Shown one piece after another: positions 30,113-39,569 of a stretch of 64,000 nucleotides of DNA. The notes below the pieces were generated by a model. It was not told where the DNA came from. It saw only the letters and a list, made by a program, of their open reading frames with translations, and searched no databases. The stretch comes from Chloroflexota bacterium. Its GTDB lineage: Bacteria > Chloroflexota > UBA11872 > VXOZ01. Location of the stretch: contig OZ219801.1 in the NCBI GenBank assembly GCA_964291655.2, positions 672,001 through 736,000 on the forward strand, written 5' to 3'. A program made the translations under genes and the position numbers. The number at the start of each line of letters is the position of its first letter. Position 1 is the first letter of the stretch.

Positions 30113-31255
30113 TTACCCCACCGCAAGCAGCTCTTCCTGGGCCGGATTGAGGACACGGTCTATGCGACCCCCGCCAATCACTTCATCATCTTGATAGAAT
30201 ACCGTGGCCTGGCCGGGAGCAACCGCGCGAATCGGGCGGGCAAACACAACCTCCGCTGCACCATTACCCGCCGGCTCTACAATTGCTTCCACCTCTTCCA
30301 TACGGTACCGCGTGCGCACGTTCACACGAATTGGCTCTGTCGGAGGCGAGCCCGCCACCCAGTGCACGTCAATCGCCTGCAGGGCATGCGCGTAGAGGTC
30401 TTCCTCTTCACCGACGAAAACGGTGTTTGCTTCCGGGTCCAATGCAATCACGTACAACGGACGCGGCCACGTCAAGCCAAGGCCCCGGCGCTGTCCGACC
30501 GTATAGTTGACAGTGCCGTCATGTGCGCCTAGTACCTGTCCATCCTTAAAGCAGATCGGCCCGGAGCGGGCGATGCCTGGCTGCCAAGACTCCAGGAAAT
30601 CGCGATAGTTGTCGTTGGTCACAAAGCAAATCTCATAGCTATCCGGCTTGTCCGCCACGTGCAGACCGAACCGCCGCGCCAAGTCGCGAGTCTCAGTCTT
30701 TGTCTGGGTCCCCATGGGGAAGAGCGTTCGCGCCAGTTGTTGCTGGCCCAGCATATAAAGCACGTAGGACTGGTCTTTCTGTGGGTCCAACGCGCGATGC
30801 AGGCGATAGCGCCTGGACTCGGCATCTCGCTCAATGCGCGCGTAGTGGCCGGTGGCAAGATAGTCGGCGTCGAGCTCCTGCGCCCGCTTGAGAAAGGCCG
30901 CAAATTTGACGAACTGATTGCAGTCGACGCAGGGGTTCGGCGTGCGGCCGCTGGCGTAAGAAGCGACAAACCGCGCCATGACTTCCTTCGCGAAGATCTC
31001 GCGGAAGTTGAGTGAATAGTGCGGGATGCCGATCCGGTCCGCCACGCGCTGGGCGTCATGGGTGGCGCTCAATGAACAGCACGCGTGCAGGCGGGTATCC
31101 ACCATGCCCTTCTGCCAGACATTGAGCGTGATGCCAATCACCTCATGTCCCTGCTCGGCAAGCATGGCGGCCACCACAGAAGAATCAACGCCGCCGGACA
31201 TCGCGACGACGATGCGCAGCGGCTCTTTGGTTCGGGAATTCTCGTCAGGAAACAT
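30113..31255 (-). CDS. mnmA: tRNA 2-thiouridine(34) synthase
   Basis: AMSGGVDSS, TPNPCVDCN, ATGHYAR, KDQSY, PGQ. Confidence 0.97.
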   Translation of the reverse strand: MFPDENSRTKEPLRIVVAMSGGVDSSVVAAMLAEQGHEVIGITLNVWQKGMVDTRLHACCSLSATHDAQRVADRIGIPHYSLNFREIFAKEVMARFVASYASGRTPNPCVDCNQFVKFAAFLKRAQELDADYLATGHYARIERDAESRRYRLHRALDPQKDQSYVLYMLGQQQLARTLFPMGTQTKTETRDLARRFGLHVADKPDSYEICFVTNDNYRDFLESWQPGIARSGPICFKDGQVLGAHDGTVNYTVGQRRGLGLTWPRPLYVIALDPEANTVFVGEEEDLYAHALQAIDVHWVAGSPPTEPIRVNVRTRYRMEEVEAIVEPAGNGAAEVVFARPIRAVAPGQATVFYQDDEVIGGGRIDRVLNPAQEELLAVG

Positions 31256-31384
31256 AGCCCTCTAAGTTTAGCACAAATCTCTCCCTCCACCTTGGAAATC
31301 CCCGCAAAACCAATGCCGACAAGCTAAGGGTCTCCCCCTCCCATGGAGACACTTGCACTACCAAGGCCGACTAGCTAGAGGACC

Positions 31385-31561
31385 CCCTCTCCCTGGGAGC
31401 TTGTCTCAAGAGTTCACTGCTCAAAGTAGACTTACCCTTCGACAGGCTCAGGGCGAACGGCAAAGGCAAATCTCGTTCGTGCTGAGCCTGTCGAAGCACA
31501 GTTTTGCTTATCGAGTCGACTTATGAGACAGCCTCCTGGGGGAGAGGGTCAGGGTGAGGGG
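31385..31561. repeat. REP-like hairpin CCCTCTCCC..GGGAGAGGGTCAGGGTGAGGGG interrupted by a MITE
   Basis: Same family as the hairpins at 18370-18695 and 18785-18820. Confidence 0.7.
31397..31535. mobile_element. 139-bp MITE with GAG..TGTCTCA..AGT ends
   Basis: Ends GAGCTTGTCTCAAGAGT / ACTTATGAGACAGCCTC, CTGG duplication, internal inverted CTTCGACAGGCTCAG pair. Confidence 0.75.
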
Positions 31562-31718
31562 AAGACGGCGTCGACCAAGCCTATTGCTAACAGTCAGGCA
31601 CAGTTGCACAGGGCTCTCGTTCGATCGAGGGCGGTGTGATTGGTAGCCTGCGACGCATACGCTATACTGGGAGCAGCGAGAGCCGCGCACCCATTACACG
31701 ACAACCAGCACGCAGCGC

Positions 31719-32156
31719 ATGACATTAGACGTCCCGATACGTGTTCGCTATGCCGAAACCGACGCCATGGGGGTGGCGTACCATGGGCATTATTTCACGT
31801 GGTTCGAAGTCGCGAGGGTAGAGCTCATGCGCGCGTTGGGTTTGCGCTATCGAGACCTTGAAGCGGAGGGGATCTACCTGCCGGTTGTGGAGTGTCGAGC
31901 GCGATTTCTTGCCGCCGCCCGCTACGACGCTCCCTTGCAGGTGCGCACGGCGCTCATGGCGGCAACGCGCGCCCGGATCGTGTTCGGCTACCTCGTGCGG
32001 GAACCGGAAGCGTCTGTCCCACTTCTCGCCTGCGGTCAGACCACCCACGCGTTTACTACGCGCGAGGGCCGCGCCACGCGACTGCCCCAAAGTCATCCGC
32101 TGTGGCAAGGCATGCGGAACGTCACTTTTCAGCCTGAATTCGTCTCAATTGCCTAA
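31719..32156 (+). CDS. Acyl-CoA thioesterase (YbgC/4HBT hot-dog family)
   Basis: RVRYAETDAMGVAYHGHYFTWFEVAR. Confidence 0.92.
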   Translation: MTLDVPIRVRYAETDAMGVAYHGHYFTWFEVARVELMRALGLRYRDLEAEGIYLPVVECRARFLAAARYDAPLQVRTALMAATRARIVFGYLVREPEASVPLLACGQTTHAFTTREGRATRLPQSHPLWQGMRNVTFQPEFVSIA

Positions 32157-32174
32157 CTGGGAGCGGCAACACCA

Positions 32175-32339
32175 ATGACCAATCGCCCTCGGACGCAAAA
32201 ACGCTCCGTGTTGCGGCTCGTCCTCTACGCGTTGGTGCTGCTCACGCTCGTCATAGCATTCCTCTACGCTTACGAGCTGATAGGCGGACTCGTCGACTCC
32301 TTGCTGGAGTTCGTCGGAGACATCATCGGCCAACTCTAA
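32175..32339 (+). CDS. Small membrane protein (54 aa), not in the ORF track
   Basis: GGGAG RBS; MTNRPRTQKRS followed by a long hydrophobic helix. Confidence 0.6.
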   Translation: MTNRPRTQKRSVLRLVLYALVLLTLVIAFLYAYELIGGLVDSLLEFVGDIIGQL

Positions 32340-32640
32340 CGCAGTGAATCGGGAACATACGTTCACTGAGATTGTCCTCAAGCCGGTCTGCCGTCAAAAG
32401 CACTCCAATGCGATTGACTCCAATTCTAGCGGTCTTTTCAAACTCCAAGGCACAGCTAGCTAGAGGATGAAAGGCCATCCCACATTACCCTCTGTAACCA
32501 AGTATCAAGGTTTGGCTCATAGTCGCTGACGAGTTCTTGGGTCGTACTTCATTCTCATTTGGAGTGCCTTCTGCAAGACCACCCTCTTCCTTGCTGTTAC
32601 CAGTGAGAAGGTCGCACATCGTCCTTCAATTGGACCGAGT

Positions 32641-33543
32641 CTAATTCTGAGGCTGTGGAGTTGGCGTTGGTGTTGGCGTTGGCGTAGGCGGCCTAGGCTT
32701 ATAAATCCAAACTTCACATTCGCTATCAGGAACACTTAGATCTCTATAGCACTTGGCATCCGGAGGAAGATGGGGAGGAGGTCGGCGATTTGGGTCGTAT
32801 CCCAGTGTTATCCCTGTTGGCGTTGGAGCCGGTGTTGGCGTTGGCTCCGGTATGGGGGTTGCAGTTGGTTGTGGAGTTGGCGTTGGCTCCGGTGTGACCG
32901 TTGGAGTCGGTATTGGCGTTGTCGCCAGTTTTGGGGCTGTAATTGGTTGTGGAGCTGGCGTTGACTCTGGTGTGACCGTTGAAGTCGGTATTGGCGTTGT
33001 CGCCTGTTTGGGGGTTCTAGATTGTTGTGGAATTGGCGTTGGCGCCGGTATAGACTTTGTTCTTGATGGTGGAACTGACGTTGGCGTCGGTATGGACTGT
33101 GGCGCCGGTATCGACTTTGTTGTTGATGGTGAAGCTGACGTTGGCACCGGAATGGACTGTGGTGTCGGTGTAGGAGCCGGGGTGGGAATTCTTCCGCCGG
33201 GTGCGTAATCCTGCTCCCAAGGGAAGCGCTCCGAGTCAAGGCGCTTTTCAAGTCCGTTCGGGCCGTTGACCCAGGTGTGATAGCCGTCAGTAAATGCGGT
33301 GTAGTTGTCGGCCTTACGCCAGACCAGCAACCCGCCGGTGGTGGCCTGAGTGCTGTCGCCATTCTCGCTGTAGCGCTCATTCTCCAAGCACTCGCCCACA
33401 ATCTCGTGGCCGCTAAGGTCGCGCAGGGTTTTGAACCCTAAGACGAATTCGCAGTCTACTGCCGCCACAGATGCGAGCGTTAGTGATGCAACGGCTAGCC
33501 CGAGGAGAATACCTATAAATGCGCGTCGAAAGTGAACCGGCAT
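32641..33543 (-). CDS. Secreted Pro/Thr-rich protein with a conserved-looking N-terminal domain
   Basis: Signal peptide, CEFVLGF...GECLENE...TTGGLLVWRKADN..FTDG..TW domain, ~20-aa PT repeats. Confidence 0.8.
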   Translation of the reverse strand: MPVHFRRAFIGILLGLAVASLTLASVAAVDCEFVLGFKTLRDLSGHEIVGECLENERYSENGDSTQATTGGLLVWRKADNYTAFTDGYHTWVNGPNGLEKRLDSERFPWEQDYAPGGRIPTPAPTPTPQSIPVPTSASPSTTKSIPAPQSIPTPTSVPPSRTKSIPAPTPIPQQSRTPKQATTPIPTSTVTPESTPAPQPITAPKLATTPIPTPTVTPEPTPTPQPTATPIPEPTPTPAPTPTGITLGYDPNRRPPPHLPPDAKCYRDLSVPDSECEVWIYKPRPPTPTPTPTPTPQPQN

Positions 33544-33807
33544 CGACCCTCTCCCTTAATCTCAACGTGAATCACGGGAACCCTTGGCACGTTACAAAGT
33601 ACCATACCTATACCAATTTAAGCAGTATAAGTTTACAAGTACATCTGCAAGCTACTATACGACTTCACCTTGTCAACAAAAGGGAGAACATACTAGTAGC
33701 GTAGGCGTGCAGCAGCGGTGCCAAGAATGGCAAAAGAGAGGGAAAGGAGCAAAGAATAATACAAGGAGTCGGTCTATTTGCCCTAGTGAGCAACTGGAGA
33801 CGGTTGC

Positions 33808-35223
33808 TTAGTCGGGTACCGGAGTGGGCGGCGGTTTCGGAGTGAGATACTCCTCGATAGCGTCGTGGGCGGTTTGCGCCGCTTCCTCAATGGGAACTTG
33901 GCCCCGCGCCACGGGCAGGGTGAGCCGGTTGAAGATCTGCCAACTCAACACGGTTGAGGTTGCCAGGTGGGAAGGCACACTGTCCACCAGGAGTTCCAGC
34001 AATACGTCCCGCGCTATGGGGTCGAGCAATAAGGACATGTACTTGCCAGCCGGCTTGTTGATGAATCCCTGCGCTTCCGTAACGGCCGGCACCAAGCGAA
34101 TCTGGCCGAGGTGATGTCCCAGATGCAGCATGGTCGCGAAGCCCGCGTCGCCATGCTGGCTGCCGACCGGCATCACCAGCGCCTCCTGCAGGCCGAGTGG
34201 TGTCCCGCTGCGGTTTTCTTTGGGTATCACTGCGGGCATGCGGTCCGCCCGCAGCCTGCCAAAGAATGGATTGAAGACCATCGCTGTCTGCAGGCGCTGG
34301 CCGTCAATGGTGCCGCGCAGCGCATTGGAGTCTACATCCGGGCCATGCGGCATAACGCCATGGATGCGGCCGAGTTCCTGCCAGAAGCGGATGCCGCGTT
34401 GCGCCGCCGGTTCGGTAAGCTTGATCTCCCCCGTATCCAAATCTACGGCGTCGCCGCCCTCTTGGAGCACAAAAGGCAGCCAGCCCGGAATGCTCCACTC
34501 CGTATATCCCCATAGGTCGATCTTCGTATCGCCGTCAACGTCCCGCGTCAGCGACTTGGCCGCGAAGATGAAGTCCTCGTGGTTCCACGTGTGCGTCGGC
34601 GTCGCTACTTTGAATTCCTCGAACTTTGTGCTGTTGTACATCACCATAGCCGGCAGCACGGCCAGCGGTACGGCCATGAGCTGGCGTCGATAGCGCGACA
34701 ATTGCAGCGCGTTACCCGCGAAAGACTCAAGCAGGTTGCTGTCATCCGTCTGGGCGTAGCGATCCAGCGGCGCGAGGATTTGGTGGGTAAAGGCGCGCGG
34801 AAAGTCCAACGCGGAGTGCATCCAGGCGATGTCGAGCGGCGCACCGCTCGCGTCGCGGGCGACGACGAACTCCCAAAAAGCATCGCGCCACGACTTACCG
34901 CTCGGCCGCAGTATCTCTACGGCTTCTAGCTGCGAGCGCGGCGTGGGGCCGTCAATTTGCTCCTCGTTCCAGGCGCTGATGGCATTGTTGGCCTCGGTGG
35001 GGATGCCGGCGAGGCGCGCCATAAAGGCAAACGTCAGGGTCACCGGCTCGGCTGATTGGCCGCCGTCGGAGGATCGCGGGGCCTCCCGGAATGGCGCTTT
35101 GCCTTCAAGCTCGGGCCTTGCGCTTGCGCGCCCCGGACCCCCGCCGCAGGCCGCGAGTACTGCAGCACTCCCACACAAAGCAGCCAGCGTCGCTACACAC
35201 TCTCGTCTCGTCATCTCGTTCAC
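33808..35223 (-). CDS. Divergent extracellular solute-binding lipoprotein
   Basis: TRRE, LAAC, MYN..F, DLWGY, WLPF...GG. Confidence 0.75.
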   Translation of the reverse strand: MNEMTRRECVATLAALCGSAAVLAACGGGPGRASARPELEGKAPFREAPRSSDGGQSAEPVTLTFAFMARLAGIPTEANNAISAWNEEQIDGPTPRSQLEAVEILRPSGKSWRDAFWEFVVARDASGAPLDIAWMHSALDFPRAFTHQILAPLDRYAQTDDSNLLESFAGNALQLSRYRRQLMAVPLAVLPAMVMYNSTKFEEFKVATPTHTWNHEDFIFAAKSLTRDVDGDTKIDLWGYTEWSIPGWLPFVLQEGGDAVDLDTGEIKLTEPAAQRGIRFWQELGRIHGVMPHGPDVDSNALRGTIDGQRLQTAMVFNPFFGRLRADRMPAVIPKENRSGTPLGLQEALVMPVGSQHGDAGFATMLHLGHHLGQIRLVPAVTEAQGFINKPAGKYMSLLLDPIARDVLLELLVDSVPSHLATSTVLSWQIFNRLTLPVARGQVPIEEAAQTAHDAIEEYLTPKPPPTPVPD

Positions 35224-35262
35224 CCTGATTCGTCAAACGCCTATTCTTCTGAATCCTCGTCA

Positions 35263-36582
35263 CTAACGAGGCGGTGAACCGAGCCATTCACGTACCACGG
35301 CGGCACCGTTCTCCAGGGCGGCAGGGGCAGCGAGACTGCCTCTCAGCGCCGGCAAGGCCATCCGCTCGGTCAAGGTCTTCCCTAATCCACTATACAACGA
35401 GAGCGTGGTGCCGACACTATACGAGAGGCTTCGCAAGACCACGTCCGCTCGGTCCAGCCCCAATGCAAGGTCAGCGTGCATGCGGTTGGGACGACGGATG
35501 AACTCAATTGCGTTATTGCGCGGTGGCACTAACAACTGTGACCCTAGTTGTGCGGCCAGCGGTTTGGCAACGGCGTAGGCAGCGTCAAGATTCGCGCTGT
35601 GCGCGGAAGCGCCAACCATGTCGGAGACCAACATGGGTACGGATTGGGACGGCCCGTTGGGTGTCCCAACAAAGGCGAACGGCAATGAGTAAGGCTCCGT
35701 GTTGTGCCAGTTGATGAGTTCGAGGCGCAGCGGCGCTGTGGAAGAACCGTTTCGCCGCCGCATGATTGCATCCATGGTGACGTGCGGCCCGCCTTCCAGC
35801 GCCCGATAGCGGTGTGCAAGTTCCATCCAAAATTGCAGCCCGCGCCGGGCCTCTGACTGGTCAAGCGTCGTGCTGCCGGCGCCAAGGTCGGCAACCCGCC
35901 CGCCTGCGCCAACAATTAAAGGCAACCAAGCGGGAACGGTCGTCGTGCCAAACCCCCAAACAGTGCCCCTGTCCGCAGTGTGTGTCAGCGCCGCGGCCAT
36001 CGTGGCAAATTCATCCCACGTCCAACTTGACATTGGCGGGGGCATCTCCCGCGCCGTGAGGACTTCAGTATCATATCGCACTGAAAGAATGCCCAGCGCC
36101 GCCGGGAGCGCCATCTGCTGTCCCCAAAACTCTAGGGCGCGCAATGACTCAGGATGGTAGCCCTTCAGTGTATTGTTCGTGTCGTTATCGAGAAAGGGGT
36201 TTAAGGGACGCAGCAAGTCGCCGCGCAAGATCTCCGGGAGGTCATCCTGTAAACTGAACCAGATAACGTCGGGAGCCTCGCCTGCCGCAACGCGCTGGCG
36301 AATTGCCGTCACAAACGAACGGCCGGGCGTGGCTACGATCCTGTGTACTTCTCTGATGGTGGGTATGCCGTCGCGCCCGCCGGGCGCCAACCCGTAGCGC
36401 ACCGTCGGCAACGCCTTGTCCAATACGGCGTTCACCCGGTCACCGGCTCGCACGGCAACGGTGACGGTGACCTCCTCCGGCACTGGCGTCGGCGCATCGG
36501 GGGCGCCGCGTTTACCGCAGGCAAGCAACAGACCGCTGCCAAGGCCTGCACTGCCGGCTCGTAACAATTCTCGTCGCGTCAT
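35263..36582 (-). CDS. Divergent extracellular solute-binding lipoprotein
   Basis: TRRELL, LLAC, APDV, WTWDEF, VWGF. Confidence 0.78.
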   Translation of the reverse strand: MTRRELLRAGSAGLGSGLLLACGKRGAPDAPTPVPEEVTVTVAVRAGDRVNAVLDKALPTVRYGLAPGGRDGIPTIREVHRIVATPGRSFVTAIRQRVAAGEAPDVIWFSLQDDLPEILRGDLLRPLNPFLDNDTNNTLKGYHPESLRALEFWGQQMALPAALGILSVRYDTEVLTAREMPPPMSSWTWDEFATMAAALTHTADRGTVWGFGTTTVPAWLPLIVGAGGRVADLGAGSTTLDQSEARRGLQFWMELAHRYRALEGGPHVTMDAIMRRRNGSSTAPLRLELINWHNTEPYSLPFAFVGTPNGPSQSVPMLVSDMVGASAHSANLDAAYAVAKPLAAQLGSQLLVPPRNNAIEFIRRPNRMHADLALGLDRADVVLRSLSYSVGTTLSLYSGLGKTLTERMALPALRGSLAAPAALENGAAVVREWLGSPPR

Positions 36583-36669
36583 GGGCAAAACCCCCGCAAA
36601 GAACTGTCCTTAGGCTACATACTCCCACTGCGCTTCAAATGTGTCAATCGCCTGGCGCAATGTTCCGGC

Positions 36670-37332
36670 TCAACTACGGAGCGCGAACTTCACCAGGGTC
36701 CACAACGCGTGCGGCCCATCAATCCAAGGATTGAGCTTGCGCTCTTTGCGTGGCGTGTAAGATATCGGCACCTCACGAATGCCATAGCCTAGCTTCAGAA
36801 TTTTCGCCGTGATCTCCGGCTCCAATTCAAAGCCCGAAGACTCGATAGTGAATCGATCAACAACCTCCCTGGCCATCATCTTGTAGCACGTCTCCATGTC
36901 ATGCAGCGAGGCGCGAAACAGAATACGTGTTACTAGGGAAAGGAACAGGTTGCCGAGACGCCGGACGAACTCCTGGTGTTCCAACGACCGCACGCCATAG
37001 ACCACCTTGGTCTCGCCCCGCGCAATCGGTTCCAGCAACGCCGGAAAGTCCGCCGGGTCGTATTCCAAATCGGCATCCTGAATGACGACCACGTCTCCCG
37101 TCGCCGCCGCCAACGCGGTGCGAATTGCCGCGCCCTTTCCCCTATTCTCCGGGTGATAAACAATGTGGTACCGCTCGTTCTGAATAGACTGTAGCACTGC
37201 TGTCGTGCCGTCCGATGAGCCATCGTCTACTATGACGATCTCTTTCTCCAAAGAGACATCCGCCACGCGTTCCAGGACCGCGCGCACGGTCTCGCATTCA
37301 TTGTAAACCGGAATCAAAACGGAGAGTTTCAT
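36670..37332 (-). CDS. Glycosyltransferase family 2 (polyprenol-phosphate sugar synthase-like)
   Basis: LSVLIPVYNE, VDDGSSDGT, NRGKGAA, QDADLEYDP, DMETCYK. Confidence 0.93.
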   Translation of the reverse strand: MKLSVLIPVYNECETVRAVLERVADVSLEKEIVIVDDGSSDGTTAVLQSIQNERYHIVYHPENRGKGAAIRTALAAATGDVVVIQDADLEYDPADFPALLEPIARGETKVVYGVRSLEHQEFVRRLGNLFLSLVTRILFRASLHDMETCYKMMAREVVDRFTIESSGFELEPEITAKILKLGYGIREVPISYTPRKERKLNPWIDGPHALWTLVKFALRS

Positions 37333-37623
37333 AGCAGCTACACCATCGGTTGCAAGAATCAAGAACCCAAACGCACTGGGAGGGGCGAGGCACTCAGGGA
37401 ATGCCCAACGGGGCAATGAGTGTCGGCAAATGCGTAGCTCAGAGTAAGTCAGGTCAAGGTTGGTTTGGGAGCGCCCCTACTATATCATTGGGTCCATAAC
37501 TGAGTAAACACCTCCCACGATTCGATCTTGCCGGCGCCAAGCTGCACTGCTCTCGAGACCAGGGCAGGCCGCGACCGCGCTGTGCAGGATCATCTCCCAT
37601 AATGCAGCGCCAAGGAGCACACA

Positions 37624-39336
37624 ATGGCCACGCCGCCGTACACCGTACACGTGGAACAAAATGTCGCCGTGCCCATGCGGGATGGCGTTGTCTTGCGCGC
37701 AGACGTTTACCGACCGGAGGCTGCGGGGCCGTTTCCGGTAATCCTCACGCGCACGCCGTACAACAAGACTGCCTTAGACGGTGGTGCGTCTCCTACCTAC
37801 GAAACCCTGGCTGCGTCAGGGTATCTCGTCGTGGCGCAAGACGTGCGCGGCCGCTATGCCTCAGACGGTGAATTCACGCCGCTCTTTGCCTTTGGCTATC
37901 CCGATATCGAAGACGGCTACGATACGGTTGAGTGGTGTGCACAGCTTTCGGATTCGACCGGAAATGTAGGAATTTTCGGCAATTCTTACGGCGGCTTCAC
38001 CTCGTATTGCGCCGCTTTCAGCCAGGCCCCCAGCCTCCGCTGCGTCTTTGCCGAAGGTATGACCCAGCGCCTCACGGACTTTGAGCCGCACTTCCGTCCC
38101 GGACGCCGCTTTGCCTGGTCTATGTGCACCATCGCGCCGGACATTCGTCTCAAGCAGGGCCTGGGTGGGCCGCATCACAAGGAGATAGCCGACCAACTTT
38201 GGGAACGTGAACGCCACAAATGGCTGTGGTTCCTGCCCCGCAAGGACATACCGGACGATCACTTTGGCGGGCCTGTGCAGGCCGCCTACTACCGCACGCT
38301 CATGACCGAGGCCGGCGTCGACACGTTCCAGTGGCAAGACCGCTACCCGGACGTCCGCGTACCGGTATTCCATCGCACGGGCTGGTACGACCGCTTCGTG
38401 CGCGCGATCGACGGCCATACGCTCATGGCACAGCAGGCCGGCACGCCGGAGGCCCGCGCCGGGCAGCGCACCATGATTGGGCCATGGGGACACACCAGCG
38501 CCCTAAACGTCTACGAAGGCGAACTGGATTTCGGTCCGGACGGCCTTGTGGAGCAAACCGAGCTCTTGCTCCGCTGGTTTGACTTCTGGCTCAAAGACCA
38601 GGATACCGGCATCATGGACGAGGGGCCGATTAGCCTCTATATTCTTGGCGACAATGCGTGGCGCAACGAGAGTGAATGGCCGCTCGCGCGTACGCAGTAC
38701 ACCGACTATCACCTACACAGCAACGGCAACGCACAGACCCCTCACGGCGACGGCGCCCTTTCGCCAGGTCAGTCGGGTGACGAGTCGCCCGACCAGTTTG
38801 TCTACGATCCCCGCGATCCGGTGCCCTCTTGCCATCTGATGCACGACCAGGACGGCGTCTTCGACCAGCGCGTGCTGGATTCTCGCCAGGATGTGCTCGT
38901 CTACCAAACGGACCCTTTGACTGAGGCCCTGGAGGTGACCGGCGAACCGGTACTGCACCTGTATGCCGCTACCAGCGCCGTAGACACGGACTTTATGGCG
39001 AAACTGGTAGACGTCCACCCCAATGGCTTTGCGCAAAACCTCAGTTACGGTGTCGTGCGCGCCCGCTACCGCAATGGCTATGAGTCGTCGCAACTGCTAA
39101 CGCCCGGACAGGTGTATGAATTCACCATCACGCTCAACCCGATCGCCAATGTCTTTCAACCCGGCCACCGCCTGCGCCTGGATATATCCAGCAGCGACTT
39201 TCCCAATTGGGACCGCAATCTGAACACCGGCAGCGACGGCTACGCGGATGCCACGATGGTCAGCGCCCGCCAGACCGTGCTCCACGATGCCAACCACCCA
39301 ACGCGCATCACTTTGCCCGTTATTCCCAGGGACTAG
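37624..39336 (+). CDS. CocE/NonD family hydrolase
   Basis: MRDGVVLRAD, RTPY, GNSYGG nucleophile, GWYD, GPWGH, SSSDFP. Confidence 0.93.
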   Translation: MATPPYTVHVEQNVAVPMRDGVVLRADVYRPEAAGPFPVILTRTPYNKTALDGGASPTYETLAASGYLVVAQDVRGRYASDGEFTPLFAFGYPDIEDGYDTVEWCAQLSDSTGNVGIFGNSYGGFTSYCAAFSQAPSLRCVFAEGMTQRLTDFEPHFRPGRRFAWSMCTIAPDIRLKQGLGGPHHKEIADQLWERERHKWLWFLPRKDIPDDHFGGPVQAAYYRTLMTEAGVDTFQWQDRYPDVRVPVFHRTGWYDRFVRAIDGHTLMAQQAGTPEARAGQRTMIGPWGHTSALNVYEGELDFGPDGLVEQTELLLRWFDFWLKDQDTGIMDEGPISLYILGDNAWRNESEWPLARTQYTDYHLHSNGNAQTPHGDGALSPGQSGDESPDQFVYDPRDPVPSCHLMHDQDGVFDQRVLDSRQDVLVYQTDPLTEALEVTGEPVLHLYAATSAVDTDFMAKLVDVHPNGFAQNLSYGVVRARYRNGYESSQLLTPGQVYEFTITLNPIANVFQPGHRLRLDISSSDFPNWDRNLNTGSDGYADATMVSARQTVLHDANHPTRITLPVIPRD

Positions 39337-39569
39337 CCCGCAAATTGTCTACGGGCACTACAATCGGACCTATCCAAAAACCGACTCAAATTGGGTCAGG
39401 TGGCACTTACTTCTCCATGCACGCGCCCGGTTCGCCGTCCAAGCCAGTAGCAATGGAATGCGTTGCACACCTGCTGAATCCCAATTTTTCAGCTACAATA
39501 GCTGTGATTACCCATTTGCCTGTCGCAATTGGGCTATTTCCGATACAAGCTATGAAACAAGGATAGGCC

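Noticed and set aside
31361-32467. Short similarity CCAAGG..CTAGCTAGAGGA at 31361 and 32445 flanking the thioesterase
   Set aside because: Too short and imperfect to support a mobile unit without a genome-wide search
32753-33208. Gly/Val-rich ORF on the plus strand
   Set aside because: Antisense shadow of Pro/Thr codons
39340-39569. T-box upstream of alaS
   Set aside because: Only a partial GGTGGCAC match; no terminator or stem I motifs
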